Assembly: GCA_964016885.1 (NCBI GenBank)
Contig: OZ024747.1
Span: forward strand, 29,202,001-29,266,000
DNA from: Eledone cirrhosa
Lineage: Eukaryota
Reading direction: 5' to 3'
Length of the DNA stretch: 64,000 bases
Position 1 is the first letter of the stretch. Every line of letters begins with the position of its first letter. Shown in pieces: positions 1 through 11,300 of the stretch. The notes beneath the pieces were generated by a model. That model made no database searches. It was given only the letters and a program-made list of their open reading frames with translations, and was not told the origin of the DNA. The position numbers were made by a program, and so were the translations under genes.

Positions 1-2127
1 GAGGCGAGGTGTTGCGAAAAGCCGATAACAGCCGCTGAAGTACGGGAGGCAATGACTGGCTGCACAAGGGGTAAATCGCCTGGTTTGGATGGTCTGCCCT
101 ATGAACTTTACGTACAGATGCCAGACTTGTTCGGAGGCCTCTTGGCGGACGTCTACTGCAACTGGCAACAGAACGGGAGAATTCCCAGTTCTGTGAGCCG
201 AGGAGCGGTGGCACTGCTGAGAAAGGATCCGAACAAGGGGGATAACATAGACAATTTCCGGCCCATAACTCTGCTAAACACAGAGTTTAAGATTTTGGCC
301 AAGGTGCTAGCAAAGAGGTTGGCGCTTGTCGTTGGTGGTCTGGTGGGAGAGGCGCAGACATGCGCCATTCCCGACAGATCCATCCACGACAACCTCCACC
401 TCATGCGATACATCGTAGAGAGGGTAGCTAGGGAACCTGGCACGGGTGGGTCCTTGATCAATTTAGATCAGTCGAAAGCTTTCGATAGGGTCGACCATCG
501 TTACCTAGCGGCAGTCCTGAGGGCGGCTGGCTTTGGGCCCGTCTTCAGAGGCTGGATCGCTGCCATGCACAGCGACATCTGCTCTGTGGTGAGAGTGAAC
601 GGTCACCTGTCGGAACCGTTCAACATCATGCGCTCGGTCCGCCAAGGATGTCCCCTCTCGTCCCTCTTGTACGTATTGACTCTCGAGCCATTACTGCACA
701 AACTGGAGACGTTGAGGGGAGTCCCGCGCGAACTAGGATGCGGAAGATCCGTGTCAGCATATGCGGACGATGTCACCGTAGTGGTGTCGAACGCCAAACA
801 CATCGAGGCGATCGGCACTACACTAAGAGAATACGAAGCGGTGACAGGAGCAATGATCAACCAGGAAAAGTCAGTGGGCCTGCAGCTCGGCACCTGGAGA
901 GGCAGGTCCATGCCGTCCAACAGCGTCGTCGGGCGCTGGACGGACGGACCGGTTAAATTGCTAGGGGTCTGGTTCGGTCCGGACCTCCAGACGGACAAAA
1001 ACTGGGACGAGGTGACGAGCAGGGTGGCTTCTCTCACCCAGAAATGGGCGGAGAGGAAGCTATCCCTGAAAGGTCGAGCGGAGGTGGCTAACGCGTACAT
1101 CGCGTCTGTCATCTGCTACCGCCTAACCGTCGTACCTTGTCCTAAGCCTCGCCTGACTGCGCTGGAGCGTTTGCTCTTTCGCTTTTTGTGGAAGGGACGT
1201 GCTCCGATGGTCAGGCGGTCCATCTGTTGTCAACACCCGCTACGTGGAGGGCTGGGCATGCCGTGGCTGATGATGCGCAGGCACGCGCTCAGGCTACGAC
1301 ATCTCCACCTCTTCCTCGACGGTGATCAGGTGTGGTCGCCGTTTGCTAGACGCGTTTTTCCCCAGCTCGTTTCCTTGACGGAGCTGCAGTCCTGGGTCAA
1401 GCGAAGACCGAGAGGGAGCGCCTGGAGACTGGAATGTCTTCAGGCGCTCACAGCCCTCGACCAATCGGGCAATGTGATCGGTGGAAACTCCACCTCGGCG
1501 TTCTATAGAGGATTAGTGGAGGGGAAGAGCGACGACGTACTTGGGGAAACTCTAGGCGTCGACGAAAATCAACTAGCCAATCTCTTCGGAAGAACTTTCG
1601 GGCCGGGGCCTATGGACAACTTCCAGAAATCTCTGGCCTGGCAGTGCTACCGAGGAGCCTTGCCAGTTCGGGATAAACTCTACAGGCATGGAGGTGCCGT
1701 CAGCCGGGCATGTCCGAGATGCGCGCAGGGCGACGAAACCGTCCTGCACGCACTCGTCCAGTGTCCGAAAATTGCTGACTTGTGGGTTTATGTCGAACAC
1801 CTGCTGTCGCGTTTAGGACGGATCCGGCTATCATCTGAGTCCATCGTGAGGATTGCCCCGCCCTCCTCCTTTAGCCGGGAAGGGCAGGCAGTTTTTATCT
1901 GCCTGGTGGCCATGGCGAAAGAGATAGTATGGTGGACACGTTTGAAAGGGCTGAAGACGAGCACTTACCTCTTCGGTGATGCTCTGATTGACTTTTTCAA
2001 ATTTCATTTGAAAAGGAAAATCAGAGTAGAGAGGGAAGTGCTCTCTTCCCAGCATTTTGTTGAAAGATGGGTGAGAGAAGCAAGAATGGCCCGAGTGAAT
2101 GGGCCTACTCTGAGCATATATCTGTAA
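1..2127 (+). CDS. Tx1-type ORF2, partial (reverse transcriptase plus C-terminal zinc-binding region)
   Basis: The frame is open from base 1. Motifs KSPGLDG, FRPITLLN, DQSKAFDRV, RQGCPLS, AYADD and CPRC-x8-H-x4-C are present. Confidence 0.93.
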   Translation, partial: EARCCEKPITAAEVREAMTGCTRGKSPGLDGLPYELYVQMPDLFGGLLADVYCNWQQNGRIPSSVSRGAVALLRKDPNKGDNIDNFRPITLLNTEFKILAKVLAKRLALVVGGLVGEAQTCAIPDRSIHDNLHLMRYIVERVAREPGTGGSLINLDQSKAFDRVDHRYLAAVLRAAGFGPVFRGWIAAMHSDICSVVRVNGHLSEPFNIMRSVRQGCPLSSLLYVLTLEPLLHKLETLRGVPRELGCGRSVSAYADDVTVVVSNAKHIEAIGTTLREYEAVTGAMINQEKSVGLQLGTWRGRSMPSNSVVGRWTDGPVKLLGVWFGPDLQTDKNWDEVTSRVASLTQKWAERKLSLKGRAEVANAYIASVICYRLTVVPCPKPRLTALERLLFRFLWKGRAPMVRRSICCQHPLRGGLGMPWLMMRRHALRLRHLHLFLDGDQVWSPFARRVFPQLVSLTELQSWVKRRPRGSAWRLECLQALTALDQSGNVIGGNSTSAFYRGLVEGKSDDVLGETLGVDENQLANLFGRTFGPGPMDNFQKSLAWQCYRGALPVRDKLYRHGGAVSRACPRCAQGDETVLHALVQCPKIADLWVYVEHLLSRLGRIRLSSESIVRIAPPSSFSREGQAVFICLVAMAKEIVWWTRLKGLKTSTYLFGDALIDFFKFHLKRKIRVEREVLSSQHFVERWVREARMARVNGPTLSIYL

Positions 2128-2387
2128 ATTAAAGGTGGAAAACTGGGAGAGGGCACTTGCCTTGGTGGTCAGGGTCATTGTGGCTTTTTACTGGGCTTTC
2201 TCCACAAATGTCCCTCCGAAGTCTCCCCCCTATTGGGGAATTTTTCATTGTTATTTTCATTGTTATTTTTGTTACATCCTCTGTTTTTGTTTTTTACACG
2301 CAGAAATGCCCATTTGTACCGTCCTGCATTGTCCTGCACTGTCCTTAATGTCTACTTTATGTAAACCCTTGTGGTTAATAAAGAAAT
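1..2387 (+). mobile_element. L1/Tx1-clade non-LTR retrotransposon, copy 1 (3' part; begins before the window)
   Basis: Near-identical to 5953-8322 (offset 5952). It has an RT ORF, a 3' UTR with AATAAA, and then an (ATT)n tract. Confidence 0.93.
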
Positions 2388-2388
2388 C

Positions 2389-2430
<42 letters not shown>
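2388..2430 (+). repeat. (ATT)n microsatellite between Tx1 copies
   Basis: Read directly from sequence; one ATT>AGT interruption. Confidence 0.95.
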
Positions 2431-2638
2431 GGCGACCTACGTAGTAAATCGTATCATCGTGAGCTCCGCAAAGGTCTGTTATTTCCGTTTGTTAAAAATT
2501 GCCATTTATGGAAAATTTTATTGTTAACTGTTTATAAGCACACGTACATTGTTTTCCAAAAAGGACACCCAAAAAGATTGGGGCCTTGTGCCCAAAATTT
2601 TAACTTTTATTATTATCCAAAAATTTCTTTGAAAAAAA

Positions 2639-4625
2639 ATGGCTAATTCCCCTCTGCACGAAGCAGCTGAAAGCCTTCCTCACAAAATAACACCTCACAC
2701 CGACACCACCATTGTAAATGTTACTACGTTTGCCAACACAAAAAAAAATATAAGCAGTAGCAATATTTTAAATTTGTCTCAGGCAGACATTCATTTCCCG
2801 CCATTACCAATGACTGCAGGTGTTAAACCCTCCACCACCACCACCACCACCGCGACAACCACCACCACCACCACCACCGCGACAACAGAAACAAAAGAAG
2901 AAAAAAATAAATTAACTCGTGACGTCGAAATGAAATCAAGCAAAATGGACTCTTCCCCACCAAAGACGACTGACGTCACCACCACCACAACTGAAAATAA
3001 AATTAATATTAACGATAGCAACAACAACAACAATGACATTATAAAACCGACCCTCAGTTTCGCCATCGTAGCAAAACAATTCGAAGCGTTCACGGTAACA
3101 CAAGAAGATTTAGAAAATGCCAAACAAATGGTAAAGAAAGATGGGTACAGGGTCAGCCTCACCCCCACCTAATAAAATGGAGCATCGGCGCCTGTGCACC
3201 GTGTCGTATAGAACAATAAATGTAAAATCGCGCCGAGTGGAACGGGCATCCGAGTCCCAAATCCAAAAAGCTTTGGGACATGTGTGGGCAAGAAAAACTC
3301 ACATCAGACGTGGGCAAAAGTATGGAACCGTGGATGTGTTCTTTGAAACACCAGAGGAGGCTAGAGAACACTCCATGGCCCCATTAAAAAGTGACGACCT
3401 CACACTCGTCCCAAGCTATTGTGGCCAGAGACTCGTAAAGATCAAGGTGACCCACGTTCCACCGGCCATCGAAATTCCCTGGCTAATAGCGGCTGTCCTC
3501 GCCGGCATCGAAGCCAACACGAAAATAATAGCAGTAGCAAAAGAAAAGCAGGAAAACTGGTCCGGATCTGGGATGGAGCTCCTGATCCAAGCGGACCAAA
3601 AAAGCATTGAGGAGATCCCAGAGGTAATAGACCTCACTGACGGCAGCCACCTCACGGTAATTGTCGAGGGCAGAAGACCTAGGTGTGTCGTTTGTGGTGA
3701 AGGAACCCACCTAAGGGCTTTCTGCCCTCAGGCTAAAAGGTTGAGGCCACCTCTCCTACCCACCCCAGTGACACAACCATCAACACCACCAGTAGCAGAG
3801 ATGGCAGCAACAACTGTAGCAGCAACAACAGAAGCAACTATAACAGCAACAACCCCAGCAACAGTAGCAAAACCAACACCACTACCACCACCAGCAAAAC
3901 CAACACCACCACCACCCAACGCTTCAGAACTAGCACCAGCGCCTACACCATCCACCACACCACAACCAAAACTAACGGCTGTGGAGGATTTTCCACTCCC
4001 CGGCCTATCACAACTGGAGACAGATTGTGACAACGAGGAGTGGGAAACGATATCCGGAAAAAAAAAAAGAAACCAAAAAAGAAAAAATTCTCTTCCTTCC
4101 CCCTCCAAAAACAAAATACAGAGGGAAACAAATAAACTAAGAAACAAAAAAGTTAGGACAGATATGCCACCATCCACACCAGCATCACCAACCCCATCAA
4201 CCCAAACACCAACACCATCACCATCATTATCCCCAGCACCACCATCACCTACACCACAAAAGTCACCAAAATGCGAAACAGAAACAAACCCACAACAAAC
4301 GCAAACAAAACAAAACAACCAAAACGATACACACTACGCAGCATTAAATTTGAACAACAAGCAATTATTACACTACATCCAACACAACACCAGCATCACA
4401 GAAAAAGACTACACAACAACCCCAAAATTCACACCACCTCCACACATACAAATCACTCGCATCACACAGAAAACGTACATGACACTAAAACAAAAATTCC
4501 CCAAAGACATCGGAGACTTCCGACAAGCACTCTCCAGGAGGATTTATAAGGACATCCTTCCTGAGGAGGCCACAAGCAGTGAAAAGGATGGAAAAGCCGT
4601 CCTTCCCCTACGAGAAGTAAGGTAA
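2639..4625 (+). CDS. Tx1 ORF1 (gag-like nucleic-acid-binding protein), split by a +1 frameshift near 3162-3170
   Basis: ORFs 2639-3172 and 3141-4625 overlap. The downstream part has RRM-like segments (YGTVDVFFETPEEA; VKIKVTHVPP), a CCHC knuckle CVVCGEGTHLRAFC, and Pro/Thr-rich and basic tails. Confidence 0.85.
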
Positions 4626-4659
4626 GTGGTCTTTCCCATCTTTTCCACTCCTTTTCAAC

Positions 4660-7600
4660 ATGACCTCACTCAGAATAGGCAGCATAAATGCGCGTGGCTT
4701 GGGGTCGTCATGGAAGCAGGGCCACCTGCTCAACGACCTCAGGTCACTAAACATAGATGTAGTGGCCATCAGCGAGACCAGAATCTCCGAAGCACAGGCT
4801 TTCGCACCGATCTTCGGCGGCTACGATGTGTACGCATCTCCCAGCCGTCCGGGATCGGGGGGAGGAGTTGCTGTGCTTTTTCGGAGAGGTTTGGATCTTG
4901 CCATACGGGCCATCTTCCTGGACCCAGAAGGTAAGTTGGTGGTGCTGGACGTGACCAGCGGAGACGGGCAAGCTTTCAGGTTAGTGGCCGTCTATGCCCC
5001 GACAGGAGCAGGGCGGCCTGATTTCTTCCGGCGTCTGGAGACCTTTCTTGGAACGTCCCGCTCTTTAGTGTTAGTGGGCGACTGGAACGGGATCTTAGAT
5101 GCACGCTGGGATTGTGTGGGATTAGTGGATAGGGAAGGAGGGTGCAAGAGTCTCACCAACCTGCTCAGACGTTTTGAACTGTCTGACAGGTACCGAATGG
5201 ATTTCCCGAATGTACCAATGTGGACTTGGACAAATCGCATAGGGTCATCCAGATCATATCTAGATAGAGTATTTTGTAGGGAAATAGATAGGTCTAGCAT
5301 AGGCTGTCCACAATTCAAGATAGTCAGCTACACGGACCACAAATTCGTGATCTGTGTACTTGACTTAGATAGGCTTCATAGACGAGGACCCGGCTACTGG
5401 AAGTTAAACGCGTCCTTACCAGCGCGCAAGGCTTACAGAGACCGGATTAGCGAACTAGTTAAGCGGGCGTTGACGGGGGCCATCGTCAACAACAAGTGGT
5501 GGTTAGCTCTGAAAAGAGCAATTAGAATAGAGTCCATTAGGTTTAGTAAGACTTTAGCAATAGAGAAAAATAGAGCAGAGGGAGAATTAGTTAGAAAATT
5601 AGATGAGGCGCTTAGCAAAGGCATCGCGACCGACGTACTTGCGGCGAAATTGGCCCTTGACCAATTCTTCAATGCAAAGCACGAAGGCTGCGTTGTCAGA
5701 GCTAGGGTGCGTGCTCTCAGACACGAGGGGACGAAAGCCGTTCAATGGGCCCGAGTGGCGGAGGCGCGTCGTGGCAACAAAGCCACGATCCGGTCTTTGG
5801 TGGACCACGACGGGCGCATGCTACTCGATCCCGGGCAAATGTGTGAAGCTTTTCAGCGACACTTCGCTCAACTGTTCGGGGGCAGTGGCGGGCCGGATCG
5901 AGGGATGGACTTTAGTGTCTACCTCGACGGACTGCCGCGGCTTTCGGCCACTGAGGCGGAGTGTTGCGAAAAGCCGATAACAACCGCTGAAGTACGGGAT
6001 GCAATGACTAGTTGCACAAGGGGTAAATCGCCTGGTTTGGATGGTCTGCCCTATGAACTTTACGTACAAATGCCAAACTTGTTCGGAGGCCTCTTGGCGG
6101 ACGTCTACTGCAACTGGCAACAGAACGGGAGAATTCCCAGCTCTGTGAGCCGAGGAGCGGTGGCGCTGCTGAGAAAGGATCCGAACAAGGGGGATAACAT
6201 AGATAATTTTAGGCCCATAACTCTGCTAAACACAGAGTTCAAGATTTTGGCCAAGGTGCTAGCAAAGAGGTTGGCGCTTGTCGTTGGTGGTCTGGTGGGA
6301 GAGGCACAGACATGCGCCATTCCCGACAGATCCATCCACGACAACCTCCACCTCATGCGATACATCGTAGAGAGGGTAGCTAGGGAACCTGGCACGGGTG
6401 GGTCTTTGATCAATTTAGATCAGTCGAAAGCCTTCGATAGGGTCGACCATCGTTACCTAACGGCAGTCCTGAGGGCGGCTGGCTTTGGGCCCGTCTTCAG
6501 AGGCTGGATCGCTGCCATGCACAGCGACATCTGCTCTGTAGTGAGAGTGAACGGTCACCTTTCGGAACCGTTCAACATCATGCGCTCGGTCCGCCAAGGA
6601 TGTCCCCTCTCGTCCCTATTGTACGTATTGACTCTCGAGCCATTACTGCACAAACTGGAGACGTTGAGGGGGGTCCCGCGCGAGCTAGGATGCGGAAGAT
6701 CCGTGTCAGCATATGCCGACGATGTCACCGTAGTGGTGTCGAACGCCAAACACATCGAGGCGATCGGCACTACACTAAGAGAATACGAAGCGGTGACAGG
6801 AGCAATGATCAACCAGGAAAAGTCAGTGGGCCTGCAGCTCGGCACCTGGAGAGGAAGGTCCATGCCGTCCAACAGCGTCGTCGGGCGCTGGACGGACGGA
6901 CCGGTTAAATTGCTAGGGGTCTGGTTCGGTCCAGACCTCCAGACGGACAAAAACTGGGACGAGGTGACGAGCAGGGTGGCTTCTCTCACCCAGAAATGGG
7001 CCGAGAGGAAGCTATCCCTGAAAGGTCGAGCGGAGGTGGCTAACGCGTACATCGCGTCCGTCATCTACTACCGCCTGACCGTCGTACCTTGTCCTAAGCC
7101 CCGCCTGACTGCGCTGGAGCGTTTGCTCTTTCGCTTCTTGTGGAAGGGACGCGCTCCGATGGTCAGGCGGTCCATCTGCTGTCAACACCCGCTACGTGGA
7201 GGGCTGGGCATGCCGTGGCTGATGATGCGCAGACACGCGCTCAGGCTACGACATCTCCACCTCTTCCTCGACGGTGATCAGGTGTGGTCGCAGTTTGCAA
7301 GACACGTTTTTCCCCAGCTCGTCTCCTTGACGGAGCTGCTGTCCTGGGTCAAGCGAAGACCGAGAGGGAGCGCTTGGAGACTGGAATGTCTTCAGGCGCT
7401 CACAGCCCTCGACCAATTGGGCAATGTGATCGGTGGAAACTCCACCTTGGCGTTCTATAGGGGATTAGTGGAGGGGAAGAGCGACGACGTACTTGGAGAA
7501 ACTCTAGGCGTCGACGAAAATCAACTAGCCAATCTCTTCGGAAGGACTTTCGGGCCGGGGCCTATGGACAACTTCCAGAAATCCCTGGCCTGGCAGTGCT

Positions 7601-8079
7601 ACCGAGGAGCCTTGCCAGTTCGGGATAAACTCTACAGGCATGGAGGTGCCGTCAGCCGGGCATGTCCGAGATGCGCGCAGGGCGACGAAACCGTCCTGCA
7701 CGCACTCGTCCAGTGTCCGAGCATTGCTGACTTGTGGGTTTATGTCGAACACCTGCTGTCACGTGTAGGACGGATCCAGCTATCAGCTGAGTCCATCGTG
7801 AGGATTGCCCCGCCCCCTTTTTTTAGCCTGGAAGGGCAGGCAGTTTTTATCTGTCTGGTGGCCATGGCGAAAGAGATAGTATGGTGGACACGTTTGAAAG
7901 GGCTGAAGACGAGCACTTACCTCTTCGGTGATGCCCTGATTAACTTTTTCAAATTTCATTTGAAAAGGAAAATCAGGGTAGAGAGGGAAGTGCTCTCTTC
8001 CCAGCATTTTGTTGAAAGATGGGTGAGAGAAGCAAGTATGGCCCGAATGAATGGGCTTTCTCTGAGTATGTGTCTGTAA
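4660..8079 (+). CDS. Tx1 ORF2, 1139 aa: apurinic-like endonuclease + reverse transcriptase + zinc-binding domain
   Basis: APE motifs SINARG, SETR, VYAP, GDWN, LDRV and TDH; RT motifs QGCPLS and YADD; C-terminal CPRC..H..C. The ORF is uninterrupted. Confidence 0.96.
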   Translation: MTSLRIGSINARGLGSSWKQGHLLNDLRSLNIDVVAISETRISEAQAFAPIFGGYDVYASPSRPGSGGGVAVLFRRGLDLAIRAIFLDPEGKLVVLDVTSGDGQAFRLVAVYAPTGAGRPDFFRRLETFLGTSRSLVLVGDWNGILDARWDCVGLVDREGGCKSLTNLLRRFELSDRYRMDFPNVPMWTWTNRIGSSRSYLDRVFCREIDRSSIGCPQFKIVSYTDHKFVICVLDLDRLHRRGPGYWKLNASLPARKAYRDRISELVKRALTGAIVNNKWWLALKRAIRIESIRFSKTLAIEKNRAEGELVRKLDEALSKGIATDVLAAKLALDQFFNAKHEGCVVRARVRALRHEGTKAVQWARVAEARRGNKATIRSLVDHDGRMLLDPGQMCEAFQRHFAQLFGGSGGPDRGMDFSVYLDGLPRLSATEAECCEKPITTAEVRDAMTSCTRGKSPGLDGLPYELYVQMPNLFGGLLADVYCNWQQNGRIPSSVSRGAVALLRKDPNKGDNIDNFRPITLLNTEFKILAKVLAKRLALVVGGLVGEAQTCAIPDRSIHDNLHLMRYIVERVAREPGTGGSLINLDQSKAFDRVDHRYLTAVLRAAGFGPVFRGWIAAMHSDICSVVRVNGHLSEPFNIMRSVRQGCPLSSLLYVLTLEPLLHKLETLRGVPRELGCGRSVSAYADDVTVVVSNAKHIEAIGTTLREYEAVTGAMINQEKSVGLQLGTWRGRSMPSNSVVGRWTDGPVKLLGVWFGPDLQTDKNWDEVTSRVASLTQKWAERKLSLKGRAEVANAYIASVIYYRLTVVPCPKPRLTALERLLFRFLWKGRAPMVRRSICCQHPLRGGLGMPWLMMRRHALRLRHLHLFLDGDQVWSQFARHVFPQLVSLTELLSWVKRRPRGSAWRLECLQALTALDQLGNVIGGNSTLAFYRGLVEGKSDDVLGETLGVDENQLANLFGRTFGPGPMDNFQKSLAWQCYRGALPVRDKLYRHGGAVSRACPRCAQGDETVLHALVQCPSIADLWVYVEHLLSRVGRIQLSAESIVRIAPPPFFSLEGQAVFICLVAMAKEIVWWTRLKGLKTSTYLFGDALINFFKFHLKRKIRVEREVLSSQHFVERWVREASMARMNGLSLSMCL

Positions 8080-8322
8080 ATTAAAGGTGGAAAACTGGGA
8101 GAGGGCACTTGCCCTGGTGGTCAGGGCCACTGTGGTCTTTTAATGGGCTTTCTCCACAAATGTCCCTTGGAAGTCTCCCCCCTATTGGGGAATTTTTCTT
8201 TGTTATTTTATTTCAACCTCTGTTTTTTTACACGCAGAAATGCCCATTTGTACCGTCCTGTATTGTCCTGTACTGTCCTTAATGTCTACTTTATGTGAAC
8301 CCTTGTGGTTAATAAAGAAAAC

Positions 8323-8347
8323 ATTATTATTATTATTATTATTATTA
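8323..8347 (+). repeat. (ATT)n tract at the tail-to-tail Tx1/Dong junction
   Basis: Read directly from sequence. Confidence 0.95.
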
Positions 8348-11300
8348 CAGTTGCATTTATCTTGCTTTATGTTCATACGAGTTATCACCAAGTCACAACC
8401 AGTGACCTCAAGAGACAACAAGGTCCGCCATGTTCAAGAAAGAACATACATATTCACACATGCATCTTTAGTGTTTAGACTTGTGATGTACTTATATTGA
8501 CAGAATCTTCCTTAGTATATGGGCAGTTCCCATTAGTACTATCTTTTGTATTTCTCCTATACGCGGGTTTCCTGGGATTTGCGATAAGTAATCATTAGAC
8601 CCCTTAGGTATCATTCCCAGAGCGCCTACAACCACTGGTATTGTTTTAGTTCTCAATTTCCACATTTTTCCAACTTCTATCTCCAGGTCCTTATACTTGC
8701 TCAATTTTTCAAATGTTTTTATAGATACATTCTTGTCTATTGGAACAGACATATCAATTAGCAGGCATACCCTCTTTTGAAAGTCTTTCAATATTATATC
8801 AGGTCTGTTTGCATCTATTTTTCGGTCTGTTTGGATGCTAAAGTTCCACAAGATTGAGATGTGATCTTTTTCAAGTATGGGAGGTGGTTGATGCTCCCAC
8901 CAATTCTTTTGATGGGGCAGATCAAAATGCTTACACATTATCCAATGTATGTATTGTGCAGCTCTGTCATGCCTGTTTAGGTATTCGGTTGGAGCTATAG
9001 GACTGCACATTGAAATTATATGGTCAATGGTCTCTGGTTGTTTTTTGCATACACGGCATAATGGGCTGCACCCATTTTTTATTATGTTGGCTTGGTAATT
9101 TTTTGTTGGCAGACACTGATCTTGTGCTGATATAATCAGTCCTTCAGTTTCCGATTTCAGTCCAGAGGATGCCAACCACTGATGGGTTAAAGTTTTGTCA
9201 ACATCAGGATTGTTAGCTCGCTCTGGGTATTTTCCATACAGAGGCTTTTCTTGCCATTTCTTAGCCAGTTTCTGTAGCAGTTCTTTCTTTGCAGTTACTT
9301 TTACCTGCTTTGCTTTTTCTGTGTTTTCCATTTCAGCAGTAAATGGGACTTCTCAAATTTGTAGTCCATTACTGTATCTTTGTGCATCTTTTGTAATGGA
9401 ATATGATCTTTTGATGCTTTCGTGTTTCAAAACGAGTTTGATCATCCAATCATGTGATTCCCTTAGATATGTAGATAATCCAATTGTTGCAGTTTTCAAC
9501 GCAATGTCTAACTGGATTAACCCACGTCCTCCTTCTTTCAGAGGGAGATATATTCTATCTATATCTGCCTTAGGGTGATGCATTCTGTGCATGGTTAAGA
9601 ATTTTCGAATTTTTGTATCGAGCCTACGGATCTCTGTGCTTGACCAGTTGATGACATTGTAACTGTAGGTTACTACTGGTATGGCGAGCGTGTTTATGGC
9701 ATCGATCCTATTCCTTGCATTCAATTCCGTTCTTAAGATTGCTCTTACTCTGCGGTAACATTCCTTTCTTATCCTTTCCCTCATTGTCGAGTGCTTGATT
9801 CCGTCTCCTTCACAAACACCTAGATATTTGTAAGTTTTTTCTTGATCAAGTTCTCTTATCACGTTCCCCCGATCAAGATTAATGTCTGAACTCTTCAGCA
9901 GCTTTCCTCTGGTGAACGTTGCTTTGGCGCATTTGTCTAGTCCAAACTCCATTTTAATGTCATCACTGAACTACTCCACAGTGGATAATAGCCCTTGCAA
10001 TTGTTCATCATCTTTTGCAAATAGTTTCAGGTCATCCATGTAGAACAAGTGATTAATGATTTTGTCATAAACTTTATATCCATGTTTTGTTTCATTGAGC
10101 ATTTTACTTAATGGTATAAGTGCGATGCAGAATAAAAGCGGTGATAAAGAGTCACCCTGAAAAATTCCACAATTAATATTAACTTCTCCAGCTTCCAGTG
10201 ATTTTGTTTCACTATTCAAAAGGAGTGTCGTTTTCCATGTCTTCATACTGAATGACAAAAACCTCCTGACAACGGGGGATATTTTGAAAATCTCTAAACA
10301 TTTTTCAATCCAACTGTGTGGCAAACTATCGAATGCTTTTTTATAATCTATCCAAGCAATCGATAGATTTTTGTGTCTATTATGACAATCTTCCGGTATC
10401 ATTTTGTTAACCAAAAGCTGATACTTACAGCCATATGAGCCTCGTTTACACCCTTTCTGCTCAATGGGAAATAGGTCATTTGTTATCAGGTGGTCATATG
10501 TATATTCAGTTAGGACTGATGTTAAAATTTTATACATTGTGGTCAAGCAAGTTATCGGTCTGTAATTTTGGGGATTGTTTGTCTCATCATTCTTCGGGAG
10601 CAGGAATGTAATGCCGTTAACTAGCCATGATGGTATCTTTTCTGGCTCCTTACCTATTTCATTGTAAAGTTGGGCTAACAGCTCACGAGACTCTGTGAAG
10701 GCATTTATCCAAAAGTTTTGTATTTTGTCTTTTCCTGGGGATTTCCATTTGCTGGATTTTCTTAGAGCCAAGCGCAACTGTTCAACTGTTATATTTTCCC
10801 ATGTTTGTTCCTCAAGGTGAGCTGTATCTTTCATTTGTCTGTCTATCCATGGGGCATGTATGTTATGAACTTTTTCTTCGGCCCAGATCTTTTCCCAGAA
10901 TTCTTGCACTTCCTCCTTGGGTGGTATTGATTTAGCAGTTATTGTTGACTTACCAATTTTTCTGTAGAAGTTTCTTTGGTTGTTTTTGAACATATTATTG
11001 TCCTTATAGAATCTAGATCGTTTTTCAAAGCGCCTTACACGAGCAGCTTTGGCCGACACTTTTTGCTTGATTATTTCTATCAGCATGTCTATGTCACTTG
11101 TTGATTTTATACTGTACTTTCTTTTCAATTTTCTAAGTTTAGTTTGTTTAACATGTTCACCTACTTTATAGTTTGTTAAAATTTCTATGTCAGATCGGAG
11201 AAGGTTTATTTGGCGATTGATGTTCTCTTGTCAAGTAGATTTCTTGTGGGAATTCCTTTGTTTTTTCATCTTCACTCCACATAAGTGAGTGGTGACTTTA

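Larger units (their letters stand above)
2431..8322 (+). mobile_element. Full-length L1/Tx1-clade non-LTR retrotransposon, copy 2 (~5.9 kb)
   Basis: About 208-nt 5' UTR, ORF1, ORF2 (APE-RT-Zn), then a 3' UTR with AATAAA. Flanked on both sides by (ATT)n. Confidence 0.94.

Noticed and set aside
153-8130. Antisense and alternate-frame ORFs over the Tx1 elements
   Set aside because: They are shadows of GC-rich ORF1/ORF2 with no recognisable domains.
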